From contig JAZSMS010000007.1 in NCBI GenBank assembly GCA_045536015.1, positions 1-53,637 of the forward strand: a stretch of 53,637 nucleotides of DNA. The letters run 5' to 3'. The position numbers and the translations under genes were made by a program. The notes under the pieces were generated by a model. It did not search any database and was not told the origin of the DNA. It saw nothing but the letters and a program-made list of their open reading frames with translations. The stretch comes from Clostridia bacterium (lineage in GTDB: Bacteria; Bacillota; Clostridia; Christensenellales; QALW01). Below are positions 28,287 to 37,677 of this stretch, in pieces. Numbering within the stretch: position 1 is the first letter of the stretch; each line of letters opens with the position of its first letter.

Positions 28287-28922
28287 TTATCTATTTTGAC
28301 AATTAAAATACTTGCACACACCCTTGATTGTGCAACGTTCACATTCGGGCTTCCGCGAAGCGCAACAATATCTTCCGTGAAAAATCAACAAATGATGCAC
28401 GTCAAGCCATTGCTCTTTATTTATCACTTTTTGAAGCTGAAGTTCCGTTTCAAGTTCATTTTTAGCATTTACAATTCCTATTCGATTTGAAACTCTAAAA
28501 ACATGGGTATCGACTGCTATCGCAGGAATACCAAAACCAACTGCCGCAACCACGTTTGCAGTTTTTCTTCCCACTCCTGCAAGCGTACGAAGTGTTGCAA
28601 TATCTCCAGGAACCTCTCCATTATATTTCTCAATAAGTTCATTAGAGGTCGCAAGAATATTTTTTGCCTTATTTTTATAAAAGCCGCACGAAAAAATCTT
28701 TTTCTCAAGTTCTTCCTGCGTAAGCGTTATCATTTTTTGCGGCGTATTATATTCCTTAAAAAGCTCTTTTGTAACTTGGTTTACTCTTTTGTCAGTACAC
28801 TGAGCCGAAAGCATTACGGCAACTAACAGCTCGTAATTATTAGAAAAAACCAATTCTGCTTTAGCATAGGGATAAAGTTTTTTTAGTTCGTTTATAACAA
28901 ATTCAATATCTTTCTTTTTCAT
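28287..28922 (-). CDS. nth: Endonuclease III
   Basis: HhH-GPD motif (LAGVGRKTANVV) and the 4Fe-4S cluster loop C-X6-C-X2-C-X5-C (CASRKPECERCTIKGVC). Confidence 0.92.
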   Translation of the reverse strand: MKKKDIEFVINELKKLYPYAKAELVFSNNYELLVAVMLSAQCTDKRVNQVTKELFKEYNTPQKMITLTQEELEKKIFSCGFYKNKAKNILATSNELIEKYNGEVPGDIATLRTLAGVGRKTANVVAAVGFGIPAIAVDTHVFRVSNRIGIVNAKNELETELQLQKVINKEQWLDVHHLLIFHGRYCCASRKPECERCTIKGVCKYFNCQNR

Positions 28923-28923
28923 A

Positions 28924-28953
28924 CAAAAAAACGGCTGCCTAAAAAGGCAGCCG
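28924..28953 (-). terminator. Intrinsic terminator between the 520-aa surface-protein gene and nth
   Basis: cggctgcc (28932-28939), a 6-nt loop, then ggcagccg (28946-28953). The minus-strand T-run (plus-strand A7 at 28925-28931) ends 2 nt before the nth ATG. Confidence 0.7.
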
Positions 28954-28960
28954 ATAATAA

Positions 28961-30523
28961 TTATTTATTTTTTTCTGCTGCGCCTGCTGCCTTTTTCTTT
29001 TTAGAAGCGGCAACAATTATTATAACAACAACTGCAATAACAACAACTGCGCCTGCAGCAATAGCAATGTAAAGTACGTTTCCACCATTATCTTCCTCTT
29101 CGTCCGGAACAGGAGTAGGTGTTGCATCAACTATAGGATTGCCCTGTGCGTCAAGCTTTGCAACAAGCTTTTCGTCATAGTCATACTTAAATAAGTTACC
29201 CTTAATGTCGGTGCAGATGAATTTATAATCAGCATCACCGTCTGTCATAAACTTAACTGCGGGTAAGTTTTCATTGCCATAGAAATACTGTCTTAATGCT
29301 TTAAGATAAGAATACTCATACTGATATTCGGTAGCAGTCTTTGTGGGGCAAAGATATGCGCCGCCTGCAAAATCATCCCAAGCATAGATCATAGTTGCTT
29401 TTAAGTTAGCGGGCTTATTGGTTGTTTCAACAGCCTTTTTAACGTGAGCAACAAACTCTTCTGTAGTTGCCTTTGCAACCTTATCAGTTTCTTTACCCGA
29501 AAGCTCAAAACGAACAGATGTGGCTTCATCGTCATAATATTTAAGCATACCGTCAACCTTGATGGTCTTGCCGGCAAGGACAGACTTATCAAAACCTGTT
29601 ACAACATTGGGAATAACGTTTTCTGCATTTGATGCCCAGTTTGCTTCAACGCGCTCTACCATTGCCGAATAAGCTTCGCCGTTTGAACCGGAACCCGCAT
29701 ACCACGAAATAGCCTCGCAACCTGCTGCAGTTGCTGCTGCATAGTTGGGTGCATTAAGAGCAACAAAATAGGCTGTCTGAATTTCGATAGGAAAGATTGT
29801 TTCTGCACTGTTTTTCTTTGATTCGTCATGACCATTTTTAACAGCATTACCAAACTTTCTGTTGATGATGTCTACCTGATCTTTAACCGTAGCAGCATCA
29901 CTCCAAAGAATAAATACAACGGGACGTCCGTCTTCAGAGGTAAGATAACCCTTTTGAAGCATATAGTCGCTTAAGAAATATGTAGCATCTCTATTGGCAT
30001 CGAAATCACCATCAATAACGCCACAGAACATAACCGGCTTTGCAAAGCCTACAGCCTGGGTGTAAGCAGAAACGTGCTGTTTGAACTGAGCGTTCATAAG
30101 CGAAAGTGCCGATCTGATGGTGCCGTTTTTACCAACACCTGCATAATACTTATATGCAACAAAGTCAATACCGGCAGCTGCAGCAAGATCCATTTCGTTA
30201 ATTAAAACGGTCTTTGAAAATCTATCAAAGTGAAGAGCATTATTACGGTTATAAGCGTAATAAGGAACTCTGTCAGTACCATCTAAAACTTTTGAAAGTT
30301 GGTCTGCAATAGTATAATCATAGTCGGTGGTATATTTTGCTCCGCCGGGAATATCGCCGGTACCGCATTCACCTTGCATATAATATGCACCAACAAGGCT
30401 TTCAACCGTTTTAGTTTCGGTTGCAGCATTGTTGTCTACAGGCTCTGCCTGCGCAAAGCAAACAACACTTAAGCAAGAGATAGTAATTGCCAAAGTAATA
30501 ATGGCAGCAAGTAGTTTTTTCAT
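28961..30523 (-). CDS. Secreted protein of unknown function with a C-terminal membrane anchor
   Basis: Signal peptide MKKLLAAIITLAITISCLSVVCFAQA. Pro/Thr/acidic linker DATPTPVPDEEEDNGG. C-terminal TM VLYIAIAAGAVVVIAVVVIIIVAA followed by a Lys-rich tail. No sortase motif. Confidence 0.65.
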   Translation of the reverse strand: MKKLLAAIITLAITISCLSVVCFAQAEPVDNNAATETKTVESLVGAYYMQGECGTGDIPGGAKYTTDYDYTIADQLSKVLDGTDRVPYYAYNRNNALHFDRFSKTVLINEMDLAAAAGIDFVAYKYYAGVGKNGTIRSALSLMNAQFKQHVSAYTQAVGFAKPVMFCGVIDGDFDANRDATYFLSDYMLQKGYLTSEDGRPVVFILWSDAATVKDQVDIINRKFGNAVKNGHDESKKNSAETIFPIEIQTAYFVALNAPNYAAATAAGCEAISWYAGSGSNGEAYSAMVERVEANWASNAENVIPNVVTGFDKSVLAGKTIKVDGMLKYYDDEATSVRFELSGKETDKVAKATTEEFVAHVKKAVETTNKPANLKATMIYAWDDFAGGAYLCPTKTATEYQYEYSYLKALRQYFYGNENLPAVKFMTDGDADYKFICTDIKGNLFKYDYDEKLVAKLDAQGNPIVDATPTPVPDEEEDNGGNVLYIAIAAGAVVVIAVVVIIIVAASKKKKAAGAAEKNK

Positions 30524-30555
30524 TTTATTTCCTCCTGATAAAAAACTTTAAATTA

Positions 30556-30584
30556 ATTATACACTATGCTTTATCAAATTGCAA
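30556..30584 (-). promoter_or_regulatory. Sigma-A-type promoter of the 520-aa protein gene
   Basis: On the minus strand: TTGCAA (30584-30579), a 17-nt spacer, then TATAAT (30561-30556). Confidence 0.5.
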
Positions 30585-30689
30585 CATAATTTTTTATTAT
30601 TTTAGAAACATTTTATTTAAATTTTAATTTTCGCACCACGATATATAGTAATATATACGTTAAATTTACACAATAAAGAACTTTTTGAT

Positions 30690-30717
30690 TTGACATATAG
30701 TGATTTTTGTTTATAAT
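30690..30717 (+). promoter_or_regulatory. Near-consensus sigma-A promoter of glyQS
   Basis: TTGACA (30690-30695), a 16-nt spacer, then TATAAT (30712-30717). This leaves only about 25-30 nt of leader before ATG 30750. Confidence 0.55.
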
Positions 30718-30749
30718 GGTAATATCAAATATAATAGAGGTATTTTGAT

Positions 30750-32126
30750 ATGGATATGGAAAAAGTTATTTCTCTTTGTAAGGGTAAAGGTTTTATTTAC
30801 CCCGGAAGCGAGATCTACGGCGGTCTTGCAAACACCTGGGATTACGGTCCGCTTGGTGTAGAACTTAAAAACAACGTAAAAAAAGCTTGGTGGCAAAAAT
30901 TTGTTCAGGAAAGCCCCTACAACGTAGGTGTTGACTGCGCAATCTTAATGAACCCTGAAGTTTGGGTTGCTTCCGGTCACGTTGGGGGATTTTCCGATCC
31001 TTTAATGGACTGCAAGGCTTGTAAGGCTCGTTACCGCGCTGATAAGCTTATAGAAGACTTTAACCACGAAAAAGGCACCGATATGGTTGTTGACGGTTGG
31101 AGCAATCAACAAATGGAAGAATATATAGACCAAAATGGCATCGTTTGTCCCACCTGCGGCAAAAAAGACTGGACTGCAATACGTAAGTTTAACCTTATGT
31201 TTAAAACCTTCCAGGGTGTTACGGAAGATACTTCTTCAACCGTTTACCTCCGTCCCGAAACTGCACAAGGTATTTTTGTAAACTTTAAAAACGTTCAACG
31301 AACGACCCGTAAAAAAGTTCCATTTGGTATCTGTCAGGTAGGTAAATCTTTCAGAAATGAAATTACTCCCGGCAACTTTACCTTTAGAACAAGAGAGTTT
31401 GAGCAGATGGAGCTTGAATTCTTCTGCAAACCCGGCGAGGACCTTGAATGGTTTGAATATTGGCGCAATTTCTGCAAGCAGTGGTTGCTTGACCTTGGCA
31501 TTAAGGAAGAAGCCTTAAGAACACGCGATCATTCGCCCGAAGAGCTTGCTTTCTACTCAAAAGCAACAACAGACTTTGAATATCTCTTCCCGTTTGGTTG
31601 GGGCGAGCTTTGGGGTGTTGCCGACAGAACCGACTATGACCTTAAATGCCACGCCGAGCATAGTGGCGAAAATATGGAATACCTTGACCCCATCACAAAC
31701 GAAAAGTATATTCCCTACTGCATCGAGCCTTCGCTTGGTGCCGACCGCGTTACTCTTGCTTTCCTTTGCAACGCTTTTGAAGAGGAAACGCTTGAAAACG
31801 GCGACGTTAGAAACGTGCTTCATCTTCACCCCGTACTTGCTCCGTTTAAGTGTGCAGTACTTCCCTTACAAAAGAAGTTAAGTGAAAAGGCTCTTGAAGT
31901 TCACGCTCTTTTAGCAAAGCACTTCCCCGTTGATTACGACGAGGCAGGCTCAATCGGCAAGCGCTATCGCCGTCAGGATGAAAACGGCACTCCATACTGC
32001 GTAACGGTTGACTTTGATACTCTTGAGCAAGGCACCGTAACCGTTCGTGACCGCGATACTATGGAGCAAATAACGCTTCCTATCGAAAAGGTTGCAGACT
32101 TTATTAAAGAAAAGCTTGTTTTCTAA
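30750..32126 (+). CDS. glyQS: Glycyl-tRNA synthetase (single-chain alpha2 type)
   Basis: 458 aa with class II motifs ([25 protein letters not shown]; GADRV) and a C-terminal anticodon-binding domain. Confidence 0.93.
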   Translation: MDMEKVISLCKGKGFIYPGSEIYGGLANTWDYGPLGVELKNNVKKAWWQKFVQESPYNVGVDCAILMNPEVWVASGHVGGFSDPLMDCKACKARYRADKLIEDFNHEKGTDMVVDGWSNQQMEEYIDQNGIVCPTCGKKDWTAIRKFNLMFKTFQGVTEDTSSTVYLRPETAQGIFVNFKNVQRTTRKKVPFGICQVGKSFRNEITPGNFTFRTREFEQMELEFFCKPGEDLEWFEYWRNFCKQWLLDLGIKEEALRTRDHSPEELAFYSKATTDFEYLFPFGWGELWGVADRTDYDLKCHAEHSGENMEYLDPITNEKYIPYCIEPSLGADRVTLAFLCNAFEEETLENGDVRNVLHLHPVLAPFKCAVLPLQKKLSEKALEVHALLAKHFPVDYDEAGSIGKRYRRQDENGTPYCVTVDFDTLEQGTVTVRDRDTMEQITLPIEKVADFIKEKLVF

Positions 32127-32140
32127 ACTTAAGAAATAAC

Positions 32141-32175
32141 AAAAAACAGTCCGATTTTTTCGGACTGTTTTTTAT
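32141..32175. terminator. Bidirectional terminator
   Basis: cagtccga (32147-32154), loop ttttt, then tcggactg (32160-32167), flanked by A6 and T6 runs. Confidence 0.8.
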
Positions 32176-32591
32176 ACCTTTTTATTAATCTGTGTTTTAC
32201 AAACTCGGCAAGTAATTTTAATTTTACCTTTTCCTCTTGGTACGCGGGAGTAATTTTTACAATTTGGGCACTTAACGTAAACAAATTCTTTTGCATCTTT
32301 AATTCGTGTCACATTAAACTTGCACTTAGTTAAAAAGCGGTTCTTTTTTCCTAAATATTTATTGTTTTCCATAACTCGACGGTTAATATTTTTTGAAAAC
32401 GTACGGTAAATTATATAAATAAGCAACGCGGTACTTATAAACGATAAAACCGTTGTTATAATCGGAATATTAAACCAACTTAATATCATTGACAAAACCG
32501 AAAAAGAAACGCCCAAAATAAGCATATCCTTTCCGAATTGATCTACGCCGTAACGTCCGTACATAAACTTTTTAAATTTATCGCCAATCAT
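32172..32591 (-). CDS. Membrane protein with a C-terminal zinc ribbon
   Basis: Two TM segments followed by CPNC-X17-CRVC. Confidence 0.6.
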   Translation of the reverse strand: MIGDKFKKFMYGRYGVDQFGKDMLILGVSFSVLSMILSWFNIPIITTVLSFISTALLIYIIYRTFSKNINRRVMENNKYLGKKNRFLTKCKFNVTRIKDAKEFVYVKCPNCKNYSRVPRGKGKIKITCRVCKTQINKKV

Positions 32592-32674
32592 TTTTATATC
32601 ACCTTTTCTGTTTGTAAATATTATATACTTTAATTTTGAAAAATAAGTGTAATTAAAATAAAAATGTTAAAAAA

Positions 32675-33340
32675 TTATTCTTTAAGCTTTTGAAGTGCCG
32701 CTTTTTCTATTCTGCTTACGTAAGAACGTGAAATATTGAGTTTTTGCGCTACCTCTCTTTGTGTACACGGTGCTTGCCCAAACAGTCCAAACCTGAGTGC
32801 TATAATTTTAATTTCCCTTAAATTAAGCACCTTTTTCATTTTTTTAAGCAACTTTTTATAATTTACACGCTCGTCAACGCTTGTTTCGACGTCTTTGTCG
32901 TCAGATTGTAAAATATCAAGCAAAGAGACCTCATTTCCCTCTTTATCCGTACCAAGCGGCTCGTAAAGAGAAATTTCGGCACGTTGCTTTTTGCTCGACC
33001 GCAAAAACATTAAAATTTCATTTTCTATGCACCTTGAAGCGTACGTTGCAAGATGCGCAGTCTTATCGGGATGATAAGAATTTACCGCCTTTATTAAGCC
33101 AATAGAACCTATTGAAATTAAATCGTCATTATCAACGCCTGATGCAGCATACTTTTTCGCAATATGCGCAACAAGTCTCATATTATGTTCGATAAGCTTG
33201 TTTTTAGCATCAAGGTCACCTTGCAGATTTTTTTGTATAAGCTCTTTTTCTTCTTCCTTTTTTAGCGGTTTAGGAAACGAAATTTTAATATGCCCTATTA
33301 AAAAGGGCATCTCAAGCAGTAAACTAATAAGCCATATCAT
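32675..33340 (-). CDS. sigK: Sporulation sigma factor SigK (pro-sigma-K), uninterrupted
   Basis: Refined start at ATG 33340 (GGAGG 8 nt upstream). Hydrophobic pro-sequence MIWLISLLLEMPFLIGHIKISFPKPL. SigK-like blocks LIEHNMRLVAHIAKKY, LISIGSIGLIKAV, ATYASRCIENEILM, GTDKEGNEVSLLDIL and ISRSYVSRIEK. Confidence 0.85.
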   Translation of the reverse strand: MIWLISLLLEMPFLIGHIKISFPKPLKKEEEKELIQKNLQGDLDAKNKLIEHNMRLVAHIAKKYAASGVDNDDLISIGSIGLIKAVNSYHPDKTAHLATYASRCIENEILMFLRSSKKQRAEISLYEPLGTDKEGNEVSLLDILQSDDKDVETSVDERVNYKKLLKKMKKVLNLREIKIIALRFGLFGQAPCTQREVAQKLNISRSYVSRIEKAALQKLKE

Positions 33341-33401
33341 AATTTTATACCTCCATTTGTATAAAAGATATGACACGGCTTTTTATTTTTTTACAATTTT
33401 T

Positions 33402-33755
33402 TTATTTTTTTGGACCGATAAATGGAAGCACCTTTGCTTTACCCTTAAGCGTATTAACTAATCCATAAATAGTAAAAAACCAAACGTAAATAAAAAACAA
33501 AAAAAACAAAATCAAAGTTACAAGCGAAAAGATGCTTGCAAATGCGCTTAACAAATGCGCAATAAAGATAAATAAAATAAAAACAAACTGACTAAGCGTA
33601 AGCGCAAATCCCTGACGTGCGTGAAACTGGGCAAAAGGCGAATCGCTTGCGGCAAAATATGGTACGACAAACAAAAGGCCAAAATATGCCCAAGCGGAAA
33701 TTCCCTTGTTGTCCCGAATATCTTTTTGTGAAAACTGACTTGTTTTATCCATCAT
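33402..33755 (-). CDS. Small membrane protein (DUF4870-like)
   Basis: 117 aa with 3 TM segments and the motif FAQFHARQGFAL. Confidence 0.55.
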   Translation of the reverse strand: MMDKTSQFSQKDIRDNKGISAWAYFGLLFVVPYFAASDSPFAQFHARQGFALTLSQFVFILFIFIAHLLSAFASIFSLVTLILFFLFFIYVWFFTIYGLVNTLKGKAKVLPFIGPKK

Positions 33756-33935
33756 AACATCTCCAAAGTTATTTTATATATTTTAACACCTATATCGCTT
33801 TTTTGCAATAACAAAAATGTGCAGAAAGTTTAATTAAAAAGCAAAAATCTTATTTTCCTTTTTTCTTTAATTTTTAACTATAAAATAAAAATTTCTTCTT
33901 TGATAGCAAAGCTATGAAATGACATCAAAACACTA

Positions 33936-33960
33936 AGCCACCCGCTTTTAACGGGTGGCT
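33936..33960 (-). terminator. Hairpin downstream of pgcA
   Basis: agccacccg (33936-33944), a 7-nt loop, then cgggtggct (33952-33960). The flanking T-run is weak. Confidence 0.45.
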
Positions 33961-33982
33961 TTAATGTTTTTAGTTGTAGCAA

Positions 33983-35674
33983 CTAATTAAAATAATCTTT
34001 AAGTGAAGCAAGTAGTTGTTGTTCAATTTCTCTTGCCGCATCCTTTGTTTGTGCACTTACGGAAATATATGCCTTAACCTTGGGTTCTGTTCCCGAAGGA
34101 CGAATTACAACCGAGCAGTTATCATTAAGTATAAACTTGATAACGTCTGCCTTAGGTAAGCCGTTAATGCCAAGTGAATAGTCAAGCACTTCTTCAACAT
34201 TGCGCACCTTAAAGTCAGGCGTGCTTTCTCTGAACGATTTCATTATCTGCTGCATTTTAGCAAAGCCTGCTGAGCCTTCAAATTCAAACGAATAAAGGGT
34301 ATTCAAACAATAGCCAAATTCTTCGTAAAGTCCGTTAAGTTTATCAAGCAACGAAATGCCTTTGCTTGCATAAAAAGCAAACATTTCGCAAATCAAAAAC
34401 GCCGCATTAACCGCATCTTTATCGCGAACATACGTGCCCGAGAGATATCCGTAGCTCTCTTCAAAGCCAAGAATATACGAATCTTCTTTGCCCTGCGCCT
34501 CAAGCAAACCAATCTGCTCGCCAATAAACTTAAAGCCGGTTAAAATATCAATAGTTTTAACACCGTATTTTGCAGCAATACGCTTTGCCATATCAATAGT
34601 AACTATAGTTTTAACAACAACGGGATCACTTGGCATCTTACCCATAGCAATTCTGCGCGAGCAAATAAAGTCAAGTAAAAGCATACCAACTTCGTTACCC
34701 GTTAAAAGTACGTGTTCGCCCGAAGCATCCTTAACTGCAATTCCTACGCGGTCACAGTCGGGGTCAGTAGCAAGCAAAAGGTCTGCATTGCACTTTTTTG
34801 CATAGTCAAGACCAAGTTGAAGTGCTTCTCTAATCTCGGGGTTAGGATAAGGGCAGGTTGGGAAATTTCCGTTGGGCTGTTCCTGTTCTTTAACAACGGT
34901 TATATTAGAGAATCCGCTTTCGGTAAGAGCACGCAAAACAGGTTTAAGACCGGAGCCGTTTAAAGGTGTATACACTATTGCAAGGTCTTTATTAACCTTT
35001 TCGTCGCCAAGCATTGACTGCGCCTTAACTTCATTTGTAAAGTCAGTATAAATTTGCTCGGAAATATACTCAATTTTGCCGTTTTTAACGCCTTCTTCAA
35101 AATCAATACGCTTAATATCATTAAATACGTCAAGCTTTTCAATCTCGGCTAAAATTTCCTTTGCAGCCTCAGTAGTTATCTGGCAACCGTCATTACCGTA
35201 AACCTTATAGCCGTTATATTTTGAAGGATTATGCGATGCAGTAACCATAATGCCCGAAGCACATTTAAGCGCGCGTGTAGCATAAGATAAGCACGGTGTA
35301 GGCATCAAGCAGGGATAGATGTAAACCTTTATTCCGTTTGCCGCAAAAACGCCTGAAGCAATACGTGCAAATAGATCTGACTTAATACGCGAATCATAGC
35401 TTACGGCGATACTTCTTTCCTCGGGTGCAAAATGCTTTACAACGTAGTCTGCAAGACCTTGCGAAGCCTTTGCAACTGTGTAAATGTTCATTCTGTTTGT
35501 TCCTGCACCTATAACACCTCGAAGTCCGCCTGTACCAAACTCAAGGTCGCGGTAAAACGCATCTTCTATCTTTTCTTCGTTGCCTTCTATAGCTTTAAGC
35601 TCATTTGCAACATCAATATCTTCGATTGCGTTTTTTAGCCAACGTAAGTATTCTTGTAAAAATTCTTTTTGCAT
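33983..35674 (-). CDS. pgcA: Phosphoglucomutase / phospho-sugar mutase (PgcA-like)
   Basis: Refined start at ATG 35674 (AAGGAGA 6 nt upstream). Active site TASHNPSKYNGYKVY and Mg site TDPDCDR. Confidence 0.85.
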   Translation of the reverse strand: MQKEFLQEYLRWLKNAIEDIDVANELKAIEGNEEKIEDAFYRDLEFGTGGLRGVIGAGTNRMNIYTVAKASQGLADYVVKHFAPEERSIAVSYDSRIKSDLFARIASGVFAANGIKVYIYPCLMPTPCLSYATRALKCASGIMVTASHNPSKYNGYKVYGNDGCQITTEAAKEILAEIEKLDVFNDIKRIDFEEGVKNGKIEYISEQIYTDFTNEVKAQSMLGDEKVNKDLAIVYTPLNGSGLKPVLRALTESGFSNITVVKEQEQPNGNFPTCPYPNPEIREALQLGLDYAKKCNADLLLATDPDCDRVGIAVKDASGEHVLLTGNEVGMLLLDFICSRRIAMGKMPSDPVVVKTIVTIDMAKRIAAKYGVKTIDILTGFKFIGEQIGLLEAQGKEDSYILGFEESYGYLSGTYVRDKDAVNAAFLICEMFAFYASKGISLLDKLNGLYEEFGYCLNTLYSFEFEGSAGFAKMQQIMKSFRESTPDFKVRNVEEVLDYSLGINGLPKADVIKFILNDNCSVVIRPSGTEPKVKAYISVSAQTKDAAREIEQQLLASLKDYFN

Positions 35675-35728
35675 AAAAATTCTCCTTAAACTGTTCTTTA
35701 AACAAAGCATATATGTTTTGTTTAATTA

Positions 35729-35757
35729 ATTATACCAAATTTTAGTAAATTTTTCAA
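35729..35757 (-). promoter_or_regulatory. Promoter of pgcA
   Basis: On the minus strand: TTGAAA (35757-35752), a 17-nt spacer, then TGgTATAAT (extended -10, hexamer 35734-35729). Confidence 0.5.
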
Positions 35758-35764
35758 TAATAAA

Positions 35765-36895
35765 TTAAAGTCCGATAGCTTTAAAAAATTCTGTGGCACT
35801 TTTTGTCTGTTCTCTTTTAGATTTTAACGATTTTATCTTTTTTATAGAATGAGAATTATTTCCTTTAAAAATCTTTTTTAAAATTCTAACTAACCAGAAA
35901 ACAGGCAAAAGCAACGCATATTTTTTTACAGGCGGAAAAAGTTTTTCCATATCTCTTTTTTTAGGAAAAAACAATCGCAAAAGTGTCTGCTTTTCTTTTT
36001 CTTCGTTTGCTTGAGCAAAATTAGAAAAAGAGCCAAAGCTTCCTCCTCGCACTATATAATCTGCCATAGTATCAACGTCTGCATCTTCGTTTTTATCTTC
36101 CGAAAACCAAATACGCGAAAGTGCCTCTACTTTTTTAGAAAAAACTTTAAGTCCGCCTTCACGTAATAATTCTTCTCGTTTTTCTTTATCAAAACTGATA
36201 TTATTTAATAAAAACGTATCTAAAATTGCACGTACTCCGCAGCCGCCAAGTTCAAAGTGCTTGGCAAGATGCGCAATATGGTAAAAATACGTCATTTCAT
36301 CAGTTAAGCGATATTCATTTTCGCTAACCCTAATTGCGCTATCCCACACTTTTAAAAGCACTTTATTAGCATCTTTTGCGCAAGAATCTTCTATTAAGTC
36401 GTAATGAAGCTCTATTTTGATCTTGTTTGCATCAACGAATGAAACATCGTGCGTACTGCGAGAGTTAAATGCAAAACCTGCGCCTTTTGCCACTTGCTCA
36501 GCTTTTTCTATATCCTCTGACCTTACTAAAATATCAATGTCGTCGCTAATGCGCATCCATGCTTCACCATACAAATTTTTTATAACCGCGCCTTTAAGCA
36601 AAATATATGGAATATTTGCTTTTTTTAGTGCATTTGTCATATTTTCTTGCGCTTGTTGCTGCAAAATACTTTTAAAAACAGTCTTTTTCTTTTTTTGCTG
36701 TGCAATACCAAAAAGTTTGTTTTCTTCTATTTCATTTTTTTGCAAAATATCAAAAAGCAAATGTTCAAAGCCATGCCTTTTTAAAAAGGGTAGCAAACTT
36801 TCTATATCGGATGCCGAAAGGCTTTCTTTAAAATTTTCACCAACAGCAAGTTCTTTAATTTGTTTTAAAAGTTGTAATATTTTTTCGTCAATCAT
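35765..36895 (-). CDS. Nucleotidyltransferase-fold protein (resembles the uncharacterised NTP_transf_5-type family)
   Basis: 376 aa. Pol-beta-type signature ILLKGAVIKNLYGEAWMRISDDIDILV (G-[AS]-X10-13-D-x-D), followed by HYDL and a helical C-terminal half. Confidence 0.6.
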   Translation of the reverse strand: MIDEKILQLLKQIKELAVGENFKESLSASDIESLLPFLKRHGFEHLLFDILQKNEIEENKLFGIAQQKKKKTVFKSILQQQAQENMTNALKKANIPYILLKGAVIKNLYGEAWMRISDDIDILVRSEDIEKAEQVAKGAGFAFNSRSTHDVSFVDANKIKIELHYDLIEDSCAKDANKVLLKVWDSAIRVSENEYRLTDEMTYFYHIAHLAKHFELGGCGVRAILDTFLLNNISFDKEKREELLREGGLKVFSKKVEALSRIWFSEDKNEDADVDTMADYIVRGGSFGSFSNFAQANEEKEKQTLLRLFFPKKRDMEKLFPPVKKYALLLPVFWLVRILKKIFKGNNSHSIKKIKSLKSKREQTKSATEFFKAIGL

Positions 36896-36926
36896 TTTCT
36901 TTCCTATAAATAAAAAGCAAGAAGGC

Positions 36927-37664
36927 TTATGCCATTCTTGCTAAAATTATCTGCTCTGCTTCGATAAGTTCTTCGGGCGTGTTAACACCGCGAATTTCGT
37001 CACCGTCAGAAATCGGGAATAATTCTACCTTATATCCGTTTACAAGCATAAGTGCAGGAACGTCAGTAAGATAATATTCATTTTGATTATTATTGTTTTT
37101 AAGTTTAGGGAGAATATTAAAAAGTGCCTCGCTATCAAACACCGCAACACCCGAATTAAGTTCAGAAATTGCATACTGCTCTTTAGTGCAATCTTTTGCT
37201 TCAACTATGCCTGCAAATTTTCCACTTTTATCTCTTGTAATTCTTCCGTAAGATAATAATTCGGGATTAACCGCCGTCATAACCGTACACGCCGCACCCG
37301 ATTCCTCGTGTGCTTTAACCAGTGCCTCCAAAGATTCGCGTCTATAAAGTGGCATATCTCCGTAGGTTACAATAACAGAGCCCTTATATCCTTCAAATTC
37401 TTTAGCGCAGCAAGCAACTGCGTGTCCGGTACCGTTTTGTTCAAGCTGTTCAATATAATTAAACTCTGATCCAAACGCTTCTATTATCTGTTCTTTTTTA
37501 TATCCAACAACGATATACGTGTCCTTTTTTTCTACAAAGCCAACAAGTTCAAGTGCTATATCAAGCAAAGGTCTTCCGCACGCCTTGTGCATTACTTTAG
37601 GACAGTCATGCTCGGCAGAGTGAAGTCTCGTTCCCTTGCCAGCCGCCAACAAAATTGCCCTCAT
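36927..37664 (-). CDS. Sugar-1-phosphate uridylyltransferase, equivalent to the GlmU N-terminal (pyrophosphorylase) domain only
   Basis: Collinear with GlmU residues about 1-230: ILLAAGKGTRL, CPKVMHK, EQNGTGHAV, VTYGDMPL, YGRI, ELNSGVAVF, NNNQNEYYLTDV. It is 245 aa long, so the left-handed beta-helix acetyltransferase half is absent. Confidence 0.8.
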   Translation of the reverse strand: MRAILLAAGKGTRLHSAEHDCPKVMHKACGRPLLDIALELVGFVEKKDTYIVVGYKKEQIIEAFGSEFNYIEQLEQNGTGHAVACCAKEFEGYKGSVIVTYGDMPLYRRESLEALVKAHEESGAACTVMTAVNPELLSYGRITRDKSGKFAGIVEAKDCTKEQYAISELNSGVAVFDSEALFNILPKLKNNNNQNEYYLTDVPALMLVNGYKVELFPISDGDEIRGVNTPEELIEAEQIILARMA

Positions 37665-37677
37665 TTTTCCTCCACAA

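Noticed and set aside
28112-28342. Listed 76-aa minus-strand ORF between nth and obg
   Set aside because: It overlaps both the obg start and the nth 3' end, has no SD, and has an AT-rich composition. The region is more simply the obg promoter and leader.
30524-30749. T-box riboswitch leader upstream of glyQS (and likewise upstream of tyrS)
   Set aside because: The near-consensus promoter at 30690-30717 leaves only about 25-30 nt before the ATG. The remaining intergenic DNA is AT-rich, with no specifier-loop/AGAGA element or T-box (GGUGGUACCGCG-like) sequence. tyrS has no leader at all because of its 4-nt overlap with the upstream gene.
32675-33376. sigK interrupted by a skin-like element or truncated
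   Set aside because: The reading frame is continuous through regions 2 to 4 with a normal pro-sequence, so there is no insertion. Only the listed start (33376) was moved to ATG 33340, which has a GGAGG SD.
36417-36944. Listed 175-aa plus-strand ORF, together with the many other 60-150-aa ORFs nested antisense inside the large genes
   Set aside because: They lie wholly inside, and antisense to, genes with strong motif support. Their products are low-complexity Ser/Phe/Cys/Ile-rich sequences typical of antisense frames in AT-rich DNA.
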